The notes under the pieces were generated by a model, which searched no databases, was not told the DNA's origin, and saw only the letters and a program-made list of their open reading frames with translations. This document shows positions 1 through 9,770 of a stretch of 64,000 nucleotides of DNA, piece after piece. Position 1 is the first letter of the stretch; every line of letters begins with the position of its first letter. The stretch is from an uncultured delta proteobacterium. Lineage in GTDB: Bacteria; Desulfobacterota; Binatia; Bin18. The stretch covers positions 320,001-384,000 of the forward strand of contig CAVTCR010000062.1 of NCBI GenBank assembly GCA_963733195.1, written 5' to 3'. The position numbers and the translations under genes are program-made.

Positions 1-730
1 CGGATTCCTCACCACATTGCGTGATCGTGGGCTTTCTGCACGAAGCCAAGCACGCATACTCACCACTCTGCGTCGATTCTATCAGTTCCTTGAACGTGAG
101 GAGATGCTCACAGGCAAGAACCCCACTGCCCATTTGTTGCTGCCCAAAATCGGCCGTCGGTTACCACAAGTACCGTCACAGCAACAAGTCAAAGCGGTTC
201 TTGAGTTGCCGGACAACAACTCTGACCTTGGCATTCGCAATCTTGCGATGTTGGAGTTGCTCTATGCCTCTGGATTGCGCGTGTCTGAATTGATTCGCTT
301 GGAGGTCAAACAAGTCAATTTAGAAGCCGGGTTTTTGCGGGTTCGTGGCAAAGGCGGAAGAGAACGGCTCGTCCCCTTAGGGTCGAGCGCGAAAGATACA
401 ATCCTTCACTATCTCAAAACCGCGCGACCAGCGTTACTCAAAGGGCGCGCGAGTAACTACCTCTTTCTCACTCGTTCTACCAAGCCAATGACTCGTCAAG
501 CGTTTTGGCAGCTCTTACGACAATATGCACTCCAGAGTAGCGAGGGCGGTAAGTTCTATCCCCATGCATTACGACATGCTTTTGCTACGCATCTTCTTGA
601 AGGTGGGGCTGACCTTCGTGCAGTCCAGGCTATGCTCGGTCACGTCGATATCGCCACCACGCAAGTGTACACCCACTTAACCAGCGAACGGTTACGAGAA
701 GTACACAAGAAGTTTCATCCGCGTGGGTGA
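1..730 (+). CDS. xerD: Tyrosine recombinase XerD (5' end outside window)
   Basis: Motifs LELLYASGLRVSEL, GKGGRERLVP and HALRHAFATHLLEGGADLRAVQAMLGHVDIATTQVYTH, ending in HPRG. The frame is open back to the window start. Confidence 0.9.
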   Translation, partial: GFLTTLRDRGLSARSQARILTTLRRFYQFLEREEMLTGKNPTAHLLLPKIGRRLPQVPSQQQVKAVLELPDNNSDLGIRNLAMLELLYASGLRVSELIRLEVKQVNLEAGFLRVRGKGGRERLVPLGSSAKDTILHYLKTARPALLKGRASNYLFLTRSTKPMTRQAFWQLLRQYALQSSEGGKFYPHALRHAFATHLLEGGADLRAVQAMLGHVDIATTQVYTHLTSERLREVHKKFHPRG

Positions 731-832
731 AAAGCGCAGGGGAAACAGCAAAACAGAAAACTCGTAGTTCATGGGTGGAAGGTACAGCGCTCAGCATGGA
801 AGGCGGAATGGAGCGGCGGCTATTTCTTCCGG

Positions 833-1004
833 CAAGAGGTCCGCGCTATTATCGAGGGTATGGAGGGAATAGAGTGAGTGATGGCGACACTCCTCTACGA
901 GGTAGGGTTACGGCCGATGGATTGTCTGCGCTTACGTACAGGAGATCGACTTTGGCAGTAATCAGATCACCGTTCGTGCAGGGAAAGGCGATAAAGATCG
1001 TCGG
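833..1004 (+). pseudogene. Integron integrase (IntI-like) internal fragment
   Basis: Manual translation: QEVRAIIEGMEGIE*VMATLLYEVGLRPMDCLRLR, then after a frameshift QEIDFGSNQITVRAGKGDKDRR. This matches the IntI pattern LLYGxGLRxxECLRLRVxDxDF...IxVRxGKGxKDR. Truncated at both ends. Confidence 0.7.
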
Positions 1005-1096
1005 GGTTGTGTGAATTGATTGATGCCGCACCGCTTTACCACCGGCAGCGATGGACACATTCAACGTAGAACAAGACCAATAAAGGGGAACTTGCC

Positions 1097-2080
1097 ATGA
1101 AGCTCGCGCTTTATCTACCGAATCTCCGCGACAAGATCACCGTCAGCGAAATCGTTGACCTGGCACGTGAAGCGGAGGCTCTCGAATTCGACTCGGTGTG
1201 GTCGCTGGACCGCATCGTGGTGCCGGAAGCCTCGGACCGACAGGAACTCGAGAAGCCTTTTGGCTTCATGACGGAATTCCCGAAGGCGCTTCCAGTCAGC
1301 GCACGTGCGGAGTTCCTGCATGGCTTGCCGCTCATTCCCTATCTGGCGGCAATTACGAAGCGAGTTCGGTTGGGGGTCAGTATCATTGTCACGCCATATC
1401 GCGCCCCCGGCGTGTTGGCCGCAGAAATCGCTACCTGGGATCACCTCTCGGGCGGGCGCATCAACGTTGGCGTGGGCTCAGGCTGGATGCCGGAGGAGTT
1501 CGCCGCGGCAAGCGCCGCTCACATCTACAAGAAACGTAACAAGCATGTGAGAGAAACGATCGAGGTGATGCAGGGGGTCTGGACCAACGAGTTGTTCGAG
1601 TACCATGGAGAATTCGCCGACTTTCCGAAATGTGGCTTCGGCGTGAAGCCGGTCCAGAAGCCACGGCCACCGATGTTTTTCGGGGGCTTAGGAAAGCCCG
1701 AGACCGCGGCGGCGCGTGTCGCCAAGTACGGCCTCGACGGCTGGATCGGGATCATGGACACGCCGGAAACGATCACCACCTGGCGCGCAGCCATCAAGGA
1801 CGAGTTCGTGAAGATGGGGAGCACGCATTCCATCGACGAGCTCGAAATCTCGAGCATGCTGCCGTTTGAGATCACGCGCGACAAAACTGATCAGACGCCA
1901 CGCGGCAAGCTCACGCCAACGCTGGTCGGCACTGCCGACCAGATCACTGACAATCTCAAGCGGTATCGGGATGCGGGGATGACGATGCCATTGTTGTGGC
2001 CGCCGTTCAGCGGGACCCCAACCGCGAAGACCATCGTGGACATGCGGCGGCTCGTGCACGACATTCTGCCTAAGGTCTAG
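1097..2080 (+). CDS. LLM-class (luciferase-like) flavin/F420-dependent oxidoreductase
   Basis: AREAEALEFDSVW, RVRLG, DHLSGGRINVGVGSGWMPEEF and PVQKPRPP motifs; RBS AAAGGGGA upstream. Confidence 0.85.
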   Translation: MKLALYLPNLRDKITVSEIVDLAREAEALEFDSVWSLDRIVVPEASDRQELEKPFGFMTEFPKALPVSARAEFLHGLPLIPYLAAITKRVRLGVSIIVTPYRAPGVLAAEIATWDHLSGGRINVGVGSGWMPEEFAAASAAHIYKKRNKHVRETIEVMQGVWTNELFEYHGEFADFPKCGFGVKPVQKPRPPMFFGGLGKPETAAARVAKYGLDGWIGIMDTPETITTWRAAIKDEFVKMGSTHSIDELEISSMLPFEITRDKTDQTPRGKLTPTLVGTADQITDNLKRYRDAGMTMPLLWPPFSGTPTAKTIVDMRRLVHDILPKV

Positions 2081-2237
2081 GACCGACTCGAAGAGGAGCA
2101 TAGGGGACGTTGCAAGGTTATTCAGGTTACAAGTGCTAAAGGGGCAGTGTTGCCTACGCAGGAGAGCAAAGCCACCTAATCCCTATGAGGTCGCCGGTGT
2201 CAAGCGGGCAGAGAGATACATCGCGGGGTACACGCGC

Positions 2238-2323
2238 CACCGCATCGCCGCTCGGTTGCGGTTTGGAAGAAACCTGAACGGGTCGTGTTTGGCCGCGGCT
2301 CGAGTGATCGCCGGGCGTTGGGC
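2238..2323 (+). other. Degenerate attC-like site (right part)
   Basis: CATCGCCGCTCGGTTGCGGTTT...AACCTGAACGGGTC...GGCCGCGGCTCG...GATCGCCGGGC ending in GTTGGGC (GTTRRRY, 2317-2323). Imperfect hairpin; the left RYYYAAC box is not recognisable. Confidence 0.5.
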
Positions 2324-2428
2324 GCGACAAACTAGGACGGTCAGTACCTGAGCTTAGAACCCGCGGCGCCCGGAGTCCGCCGCATGCGCCGAGAGAAGTT
2401 CCTAACTTTTGCAGAGGAGGAGAAAAAT

Positions 2429-3544
2429 ATGCAACACACCAAGCCGCCGTTTCGCGCGGACCACATCGGCAGCCTTCTGCGTCCACCGCAATTACTCGCT
2501 GCACGTGCCCAGTATGCGGAGGGGCGCATCAGCAGCGAGGATTTGCGCAGCATAGAGGACCAGGCCATCCTGGATATCCTCAACGTACAGCGCCAGAGCG
2601 GGATCAATATCTACACGGATGGCGAATATCGGCGTCACTCCTGGCTGACCGCCATGAACGATGCGTTGGACGGGTTCGTTCCTGAGCACGTGCTGGTGCC
2701 GTGGCAGGGGCCAGGTGGGGGCATGACCAGAGTCTCCAGCCAAGTCGTGGGAGGCAAGCTGCGGCAGAAGCGCCGACTGCACGGCCACGAATCAACCTTC
2801 CTGAGAGAACATGCTCCTGGCCCATTCAAGATCACTCTCGCTAGCGTGATGATGTACGTAGGCCAGGCCTACAAGCCAGGCGTGACGGACAAGAGTTACC
2901 CGACAAGAGCCGACCTACGCACGGAGCTGATCGACATCGTGCGGAACGAGGTTCGACTGCTAGTGGAGGAGGGCGTTCCTTACATCCAGATCGACGACCC
3001 TAGCTTGACCTTCTATGTCGACGAGGGGGTGCGAGAGTTCATGCGCGAGCAGGGTCTCGACATGGACCATTGGGTGGATGATGCGATCGCCGCCGATAAC
3101 GCCTGTTTGGAGCCCGCAGTGAACTCCCCAAGTATCCGGGCGCTGCATCTCTGCCGCGGCAACTCACAAGGCCGGTGGCTAGTCAACGGTGGCTACGAGC
3201 CGATTGCCGAGCGCTTGTTCAACTTGGTGCAGGCCGACCGCTTCTTGCTCGAATACGACAGTGAGCGCGCGGGCGGCTTCGAACCGCTACGATTTGTACC
3301 CAGGGGTAAGACGGTAGTGCTAGGTCTGGTCAGCACCAAGAGCAAAGAGCTGGAGTCTCAGGACGATCTGCTGCGCCGCATTGAGGAGGCGTCCAAATAC
3401 GTGCCCGTGGAGAACCTGGCGATCAGCCCGCAGTGTGGCTTCGCGACCGTCTCCGTCGGAAATCCCCTCACGTATGACGATCAGCAACGCAAACTGCAGC
3501 TCGTGGTCGATACGACCGAGAAGGTTTGGGGCAGGCCGTTTTAG
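2429..3544 (+). CDS. Cobalamin-independent methionine synthase II family protein (single catalytic domain, YxjH-like)
   Basis: PFRADHIGSLLRP, TDGEYRR, Zn ligands HLCRGN and LEYD, and SPQCGFA; RBS GGAGG before ATG 2429. Confidence 0.88.
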   Translation: MQHTKPPFRADHIGSLLRPPQLLAARAQYAEGRISSEDLRSIEDQAILDILNVQRQSGINIYTDGEYRRHSWLTAMNDALDGFVPEHVLVPWQGPGGGMTRVSSQVVGGKLRQKRRLHGHESTFLREHAPGPFKITLASVMMYVGQAYKPGVTDKSYPTRADLRTELIDIVRNEVRLLVEEGVPYIQIDDPSLTFYVDEGVREFMREQGLDMDHWVDDAIAADNACLEPAVNSPSIRALHLCRGNSQGRWLVNGGYEPIAERLFNLVQADRFLLEYDSERAGGFEPLRFVPRGKTVVLGLVSTKSKELESQDDLLRRIEEASKYVPVENLAISPQCGFATVSVGNPLTYDDQQRKLQLVVDTTEKVWGRPF

Positions 3545-3562
3545 AGGGAGGCTGTAGCGTCG

Positions 3563-3593
3563 GCCTGGGACCGGCGCTCGGTTCCCAGCAGGC
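3563..3593. terminator. Hairpin between convergent genes
   Basis: GCCTGGGACCG-GCGCT-CGGTTCCCAGCAGGC imperfect inverted repeat after the stop at 3544. Confidence 0.35.
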
Positions 3594-3735
3594 TTTCACC
3601 TCACCTTCGATATCAAAGCCATCCCACTTCCGCTGGCTGGTAGGTAACTGCTTCAGAGCAGCAAGGGGAAAAAGGCTGATTTCTCTCCCTCTTCCCCTTT
3701 GACCCGTTTTCCCTTTCGCCCTTTTCGTATTCGGG

Positions 3736-4830
3736 CTACATCACCACCACACTACGAGCGACTTCGCCTTTTTCGAGTGCAGTCATTGCCGTGTTCACCT
3801 CATCAAGCGAGTACGTCCGTGAAACGAGTTCGTCGATCTTCAGCTTCTTTTTCATGTAGAGATCGATGAGTCGTGGCATATCGACGTGCGGTCGGGCCGA
3901 GCCGTACACCGACCCTTTAATCACTTTTTCCGTCAGCAGACTCGACGCTGGAATCGTTACCGTGTCTTCCCGTGAAGGCGCACCAACCACAATCGTCGTC
4001 CCACCTTGACGTGCGCACGCATACGCTTGCTCAATGGTCTTGCCTAACCCGATCACTTCAAACGAATAATCCGCACCACGCCCTTCTGTCAGACTGCGCA
4101 CGGTCTTCACCAATTCTTGCTGAGTGGGGTTAATCGTATGAGTGGCACCAAACTGCTTCGCGTATTCCAGCTTGTTATCCATCAAATCAACACCGATAAT
4201 CGTCGCTGCGCCAGCAATCGCGCATCCCTGGATCACATTCAGTCCGACACCTCCACAACCAATCACCACACAATTTGTTCCAGGCTCGACTTTTGCCGTA
4301 TTGATCGCTGCCCCAACGCCCGTCATTACGCCACAACCAACCAGACATACCTTCTCTAACGGCACGTCATTCGCCACTTTCACACAGGAAGTCTCCGCCA
4401 CCACCGTATACTGGGCAAAACATGATACCCCAGCCATGTGGTAAATCTGCTTGCCGTTCTTCTTCAGACGGGTAGTGCCATCTAGAAGGGTTCCCTTCCC
4501 CATCGTCAAGCGCATATTGTCACATAATACTGGTCTCCCGAGGGAACAGTAGTAACAATGTCCGCAATACGGCGCGAACGACAACACCACATGGTCGCCT
4601 GGTTTGACCATGGTTACTCCAGGGCCGATCTCTTCGACGATTCCCGCACCTTCGTGTCCGGGAACAACGGGCAGAGGAGAACGTAACACTCCATGAATAA
4701 CAGAGTAGTCGCTATGGCAGACACCATTGGCGACGATCTTTACCCGGACTTCCCCCGCTTTGGGGTTATCGAGATCAATCTCTTCAACCTTCAGTGGAGT
4801 CTTGAGTTCATACAGCACCGCAGCTTTCAT
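3736..4830 (-). CDS. Zn-dependent alcohol dehydrogenase (class III-like)
   Basis: GVCHSD, GHEGAG, structural Zn motif CGHCYYC...C and Rossmann GCGGVG. Confidence 0.9.
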   Translation of the reverse strand: MKAAVLYELKTPLKVEEIDLDNPKAGEVRVKIVANGVCHSDYSVIHGVLRSPLPVVPGHEGAGIVEEIGPGVTMVKPGDHVVLSFAPYCGHCYYCSLGRPVLCDNMRLTMGKGTLLDGTTRLKKNGKQIYHMAGVSCFAQYTVVAETSCVKVANDVPLEKVCLVGCGVMTGVGAAINTAKVEPGTNCVVIGCGGVGLNVIQGCAIAGAATIIGVDLMDNKLEYAKQFGATHTINPTQQELVKTVRSLTEGRGADYSFEVIGLGKTIEQAYACARQGGTTIVVGAPSREDTVTIPASSLLTEKVIKGSVYGSARPHVDMPRLIDLYMKKKLKIDELVSRTYSLDEVNTAMTALEKGEVARSVVVM

Positions 4831-4893
4831 TTGAATTCCTCCTTATCTGAGCAAGTAGTAGGCAACTTGATTTGAGTTCCCAGGAGTTCCCTT

Positions 4894-4941
4894 CACGCAA
4901 TACGTAACACGTATCACGTTTTCCGTATCACGTTTCACGTT
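4894..4941. repeat. Heptamer tandem tract (CACGTWT-like)
   Basis: cacgcaa tacgtaa cacgtat cacgttt tccgtat cacgttt cacgtt. Confidence 0.75.
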
Positions 4942-5924
4942 CCGTCCCGCAATACCGAACTTTCCAAAATTTGTACTGATGCAGCATGTGGATCGATTTT
5001 TCCTTCACTGACCTCTTCAAGGAAATGTGCGAACGCAGAATCAGTCCGCGCCTTTGTCGTCAGCCGCCGCCGTACCTCGTATTCCACACGAGACAGAAGC
5101 TCTTCCCGGCGACGTGTTTTGCGACGTCGGTCCAATTCCCCACTCTCACCAAGGTATTGATGATGCTGCTCAATCGCTTCATACAGTTCGGTCATCCCGA
5201 TGTTGTTGAGCGCTTGCGCTGGCAAGACGGGAATACGCCAAAACGATTGTCCGGGCTCTGGATGTGGCAAGTTGCTATATTTCAAGTCGAGCATCAACGT
5301 CAGCTCAGTCTGCATGCGATCCGCACCATCGCGGTCGGCTTTGTTCACCACGAAGATGTCAGCAATCTCCATCAGACCGGCTTTCATCGCCTGCACCCCA
5401 TCACCAGCCTCTGGCACAACTGTCACAAGCACCGTATCAGTCGCCCCCATCACATCCAGTTCAGTCTGTCCAACTCCCACCGTTTCAATCAGCACGTAGT
5501 CACGACCAGAGGCATCAAGCAATTTTGTGACATCTTTGGTCGCGCGGGAGAGACCACCGTGACTTCCACGGGTCGCCATGCTGCGAATGAAAACACCTTT
5601 ATCGAGGTAATGCTGGGTCATACGAATGCGATCACCGAGTAACGCGCCACCAGTGAACGGACTCGAAGGATCAATTGCTACCACTCCGACTGTCTTCCCT
5701 GCTTTTCGCATCAGAGCGGCTAGACGATCAACCACACTGGACTTGCCTGCGCCAGGAGGGCCAGTAATCCCGATGGTAAACGCCTTCCCAAGCCGAGGAG
5801 CAATAGCTTCCAGAATAGGGCCGACTTCACGACCTTCCCGTTCAACTAAGGTCATCAAGCGTGCCAGCGCAACTTCATCACCGGCAAACATCTTGTCGAG
5901 TAACTGTATAAGCGTTATTGCCAT
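4935..5924 (-). CDS. meaB: Methylmalonyl-CoA mutase-associated GTPase MeaB/ArgK
   Basis: GITGPPGAGKS, DPSSPFTGGALLGDRIRM, ETVGVGQTE and VNKAD. Confidence 0.92.
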   Translation of the reverse strand: MAITLIQLLDKMFAGDEVALARLMTLVEREGREVGPILEAIAPRLGKAFTIGITGPPGAGKSSVVDRLAALMRKAGKTVGVVAIDPSSPFTGGALLGDRIRMTQHYLDKGVFIRSMATRGSHGGLSRATKDVTKLLDASGRDYVLIETVGVGQTELDVMGATDTVLVTVVPEAGDGVQAMKAGLMEIADIFVVNKADRDGADRMQTELTLMLDLKYSNLPHPEPGQSFWRIPVLPAQALNNIGMTELYEAIEQHHQYLGESGELDRRRKTRRREELLSRVEYEVRRRLTTKARTDSAFAHFLEEVSEGKIDPHAASVQILESSVLRDGT

Positions 5925-5956
5925 GTAGGTGGTTCTCTCTCCTTGTCGGTAAGCGT

Positions 5957-6222
5957 TTAGCCATCAGCGATCAGCTTTCAGCATGATGGCGTTTTCATCT
6001 TCCCACCTACTGACGACTGACTACTGAAATCCTGACTCCTGACTTAGCAGACAACATTCGTTTCTTTAAGATGGGCAGACGACGGGCGAAAAGACACTGT
6101 CAAAGTAAAATGGCTTTGCTATGTACGACGTAAAACGTAAAGCGTAAAACGTAAGAGGAAGAAATGAAGAGTTAGGCCTCACGTCTCACGTGTTGCGTAT
6201 TGCGTGTTGCATATTATTACGC
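5957..6222. repeat. Cluster of heptamer tracts in a divergent intergenic region
   Basis: agccatc agcgatc agctttc; ctactga cgactga ctactga; acgtaaa acgtaaa gcgtaaa acgtaag; cacgtct cacgtgt tgcgtat tgcgtgt. Confidence 0.7.
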
Positions 6223-6255
6223 GTTGCTCAAAACTCACTGCCCAGGAGACCCCAC

Positions 6256-7031
6256 ATGGAATGGGACACGATTCGGTTAGAAAAAGAAGGACAGATTGGA
6301 TTTCTCATCCTCGATCGTCCAGCGTCGCTCAACGCAGTTAACGACCAACTCATCCTCGACTTGGAAGAGGCGTGTAAAGCTATTCAGGCAGACCAGATCT
6401 CCGCGTTGTTGTCGTGAAAGGTGAAGGGAGGGCATTTTGTTCGGGAATGGATTTACGTGCGGCGGCGAATCGACCAGCCACCATTGAGGCGATCCGCTCC
6501 ACCTGGTTGCCGTGGGAACGAGCACTGCAAATTCTCGATAACCTCAACCAGTTAACCATCGCCTCGATCCATGGTCCTTGTCTGGGTGCTGGTTTTGAAT
6601 TGATTCTCTCTTGCGATTTTCGTATTGCCGCGAGCACAGCGTTTTTCTCCTCACCGCAAGTGCTTTACGGCTCTCCAGCCGACGCGACATCAACCTATCG
6701 GCTGCCCCAACTCATTGGCCTGGCAAAAGCAAAAGAGATTGTCATTCTCGGTGAGCGGTTTGATGCAGCAAAAGCCGAACAATGGGGATTGTTAACCAAG
6801 CTCGTTGAGCCCGAACGGTTAACCGAAGAAACGCAGAAGCTCGCTGAGCGCTGTTTACAAGTCGGGTGGAAAGCCGCGGCAGCGGTGAAACATCTCCTTG
6901 CTCGCTCGTGGCAGCTCGACCTACAGACGTTAGAGCAAGAGATCGATCGCGGCCGTACCGTCTCATTGGAGACCAGTGAGTTTAGTGAGTCGATGGAAAT
7001 GTATCGGGAGAAGAGAAAGCCCCGCGTTTAG
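6256..7031 (+). CDS. Enoyl-CoA hydratase/isomerase family protein (frameshift near 6400)
   Basis: MEWDTIRLEKEGQIGFLILDRPASLNA joined to GEGRAFCSGMDL and IHGPCLGAGFELILSCDFRIA; RBS AGGAG. Confidence 0.85.
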
Positions 7032-7146
7032 GCTCTGGGATTTAGGAATTGGGAAGAAGGCTTTACCAATCAATATGCAAGACCGTCGTCTAAAGAGAGA
7101 CCCACTAACTCCCAGATCCCAACTCCCAACTCCTCTCAGTGAGCTG

Positions 7147-8325
7147 ATGCTCCGTTTCATCACCGAACTCCGCACCGCCGGGCTGCGCATTTCCATTGCC
7201 GAAAGTATGGACGCCATGGAGGCGATTGGTGCTGTTGGTCTTGAACAAGATCTCCTCCGTGAAGCACTCGCTGCAAGTTTGGTGAAAGAAGAAGACGATC
7301 GCTTCACGTTCGATGAAATTTTTACCCGTTTCTTTGCGGGTCCGAAGGGACACCGAAAAAGCAAACTACAAACCAGCTCCGGCGAAGGCGAGCGACAACA
7401 GACAAAAACACAAGGAAATCTTGGCCGTCCGCAAGAACGCCCACCGGAAAAACAGCAACCTCGTGAGTCCATGACCTTGCAACGCTCAGAGCAACCAAAG
7501 GAACGAGAATCAGGTCCAACCTCTTCCTCAGAAACGCAGGGAAAAAAACGCGATCAAGAGGAACAAGCAGAGCAAAAGCCAACTCCTAACTCCCAACTCC
7601 CAACTCCTAAAAACAAAGCGCTGCTGGAGAAACCGTTTCACCTTTTCGATGCTCGTGATGTTGAAGAAGCAAAAGAGTTAGTTGAGGTCCTCGCTCGCCA
7701 ACTGCGTGGACGGCTGAGCCGTCGTTACAAACCACGTAAGCACGGTCGACTCGATTTCCGCCGCACTATTCGCGCATCTATCAGTCATGGCGGAGTTCCA
7801 ATTGACTTACGGTTACGTGATCGCCGCCCAGGAAAGCCTGATCTCATTGTGTTCTGCGATCTTTCCGGTTCTGTCGCAACAGTAAGTGACTTCCTACTTG
7901 CACTCATTGCCCCAGCATCGTCGTATTTCCGACGGGTACGCACGTTCGCGTATGTAGACCGCTTGTGCGAAGTGTCATTCGAGCATGGGCATATCGTACC
8001 GCACGCAGAGCTTGATCTTTATGCACGATCTGATTTTGGCAAGGTCTTGCAACACTTTTGGCAACAAAACGGAGAGCTGATACTCAGCCATCAAACCCTG
8101 GTGCTTGTTCTTGGAGACGCACGTAACAATCGTCGTCCGCCACGTCCAGATCTTTTGGTCCGCATCCGCGACTCTACCAAAAAACTCGTATGGCTCAACC
8201 CAGAACCCCCTTCACGTTGGAATACCGGAGATAGTGTGATGAAACTGTACAAACCTGTCTGTGACATGGTCTTGGCGTGTGGTAATTTGCGGGAACTGTT
8301 CATCGCATTAAAGCAAGCTTTTTAA
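7147..8325 (+). CDS. CoxE-like VWA domain protein
   Basis: LRFITELRTAGLRIS N-terminus, GRLDFRRTIRAS, MIDAS-type DLSGSV, GDARNN and VWLNPEP. Start uncertain (7075 or 7147). Confidence 0.82.
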   Translation: MLRFITELRTAGLRISIAESMDAMEAIGAVGLEQDLLREALAASLVKEEDDRFTFDEIFTRFFAGPKGHRKSKLQTSSGEGERQQTKTQGNLGRPQERPPEKQQPRESMTLQRSEQPKERESGPTSSSETQGKKRDQEEQAEQKPTPNSQLPTPKNKALLEKPFHLFDARDVEEAKELVEVLARQLRGRLSRRYKPRKHGRLDFRRTIRASISHGGVPIDLRLRDRRPGKPDLIVFCDLSGSVATVSDFLLALIAPASSYFRRVRTFAYVDRLCEVSFEHGHIVPHAELDLYARSDFGKVLQHFWQQNGELILSHQTLVLVLGDARNNRRPPRPDLLVRIRDSTKKLVWLNPEPPSRWNTGDSVMKLYKPVCDMVLACGNLRELFIALKQAF

Positions 8326-8335
8326 GGACGGATTT

Positions 8336-9226
8336 ATGAAGTACGAAGATGCAACGAAACACCCCGCCCATCCATCTGCGACTATGCCTCCTGTCCCTCT
8401 TACTCTCGAAGGCTGGAGCATGCTTCATCAAATGTTCCGTATTCGCTGGACAGCTTGGCGAGCACTTGCTGCTCAACAGCAGAAAGAAATTCTTGAAGAA
8501 GCAAGTGTAGCACTGGCAGAGATGGAGCAACGAAAAGATGGACAAAGTGCGCTCTTCTCTATGCTCGGTCACAAAGGAGATCTGCTGCTGTTTCATTTTC
8601 GTAAGACGTTCGACGAACTTAACGAAGCTGAGTTGCAGCTTGCTACGCTGCGCCTTCACGAATTTCTTGAACCAACGACTTCATACTTATCAGTGGTCGA
8701 AATGGGACTGTATGAAGGAAGTACGCGCTTATACGCCGCGTTGCAAGAAAAAGGAATTCAACCAGGAACTGCAGAATGGCAACAAGCGGTCGACGCCGAG
8801 CTCGTGCGACAACGACAAGCAATGGGACAACGGCTCTGGTCAGAGATCCCACCGCGCCGCTACGTCTGTTTCTATCCAATGGATAAGAAACGCGGCGAAG
8901 TAAACAACTGGTATAGTGCGCCTATCACTGAGCGTCACCTCATGATGCGCGACCACGGCATGATTGGTCGCAAGTATGCCGGACAAGTGACGCAGATTAT
9001 TTCTGGCTCGATCGGTTTTGACGACTGGGAATGGGGCGTTGACCTCTTCGCTGATGATCCGCTGGTATTCAAGAAACTAGTCTATGAAATGCGTTTCGAT
9101 GAAGCCAGTGCGTTATACGGCCTTTTTGGCACCTTCTACGTCGGATTGCGTTTCATGGCGAAGGAACTTGGAACATTGCTGGCTGGGAAGACGCCAAGGT
9201 TCGTACCGGAACAATCTTCACGATAG
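8336..9226 (+). CDS. hemQ: Coproheme decarboxylase ChdC/HemQ (chlorite dismutase-like family)
   Basis: TLEGWSMLHQ, FYPMDKKR...NWY and HGMIGRKYAGQVTQIISGSIGFDDWEWGVDLFADD. Confidence 0.85.
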   Translation: MKYEDATKHPAHPSATMPPVPLTLEGWSMLHQMFRIRWTAWRALAAQQQKEILEEASVALAEMEQRKDGQSALFSMLGHKGDLLLFHFRKTFDELNEAELQLATLRLHEFLEPTTSYLSVVEMGLYEGSTRLYAALQEKGIQPGTAEWQQAVDAELVRQRQAMGQRLWSEIPPRRYVCFYPMDKKRGEVNNWYSAPITERHLMMRDHGMIGRKYAGQVTQIISGSIGFDDWEWGVDLFADDPLVFKKLVYEMRFDEASALYGLFGTFYVGLRFMAKELGTLLAGKTPRFVPEQSSR

Positions 9227-9264
9227 CGGTGCTCTTGAGGCTATTCTGGCAAAATGAATCACCT

Positions 9265-9305
9265 ACGCTGAGGAACCGATTCACTTGCTACAGTCGCCTC
9301 AGCGT
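9265..9305. terminator. Inverted repeat between convergent genes
   Basis: ACGCTGAGG (9265-9273) and CCTCAGCGT (9297-9305). Confidence 0.4.
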
Positions 9306-9324
9306 TCATCATAAAATCTGACGC

Positions 9325-9748
9325 TTACTTCTTCCCACTGTTCATCGCCTGGCTCAGCGCCTGCCGATACGGATATGTATCCATGTAGATACGCAAGACC
9401 TTGAACTTGCCTTTTTCATCAAAAGTCCAAAAGTTCAGATTGTTCATCACAATTGGTGCTCCGTCTTTTGTCTTGCCTTCGAGATGCAAGGGAGCGACTA
9501 GTTTGCGCCCGTCGATGACAATGTCCGTCGGTCCGGCGTGGTAATCGACCAGGCTGCTCACCAGGTTCGTATAGAACGCACGCAACGCGGTTTTCCCGCG
9601 AATTCCTTCTTCGCCTGTCATCGGGTTAATGACGTGCGCGTCATCAGCAAACAGTTCGAGAATCCCGTTCAACATTCCCCTTGGTGACGTTCTCGAAGTA
9701 CGTGCGTGCCGCTTGCTCCATCGCTTCTTGCTCGACTGTGCGTGGCAT
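9325..9748 (-). CDS. NTF2/SnoaL-like protein (frameshift near 9680)
   Basis: MPRTVEQEAMEQAARTYFENVTKG joined to ILELFADDAHVINP...IRGKTALRAFY...FDEKGKFKVLRIYMD; RBS GGAGG. Confidence 0.75.
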
Positions 9749-9770
9749 GACGTTCCCTCCTTTTTGGACT

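Noticed and set aside
1-730. Prophage or island integrase
   Set aside because: The sequence matches housekeeping XerD motifs and no phage genes follow.
2325-2428. SAM or cobalamin riboswitch upstream of the MetE-like gene
   Set aside because: No recognisable conserved riboswitch core by eye; an Rfam scan would be needed to exclude it.
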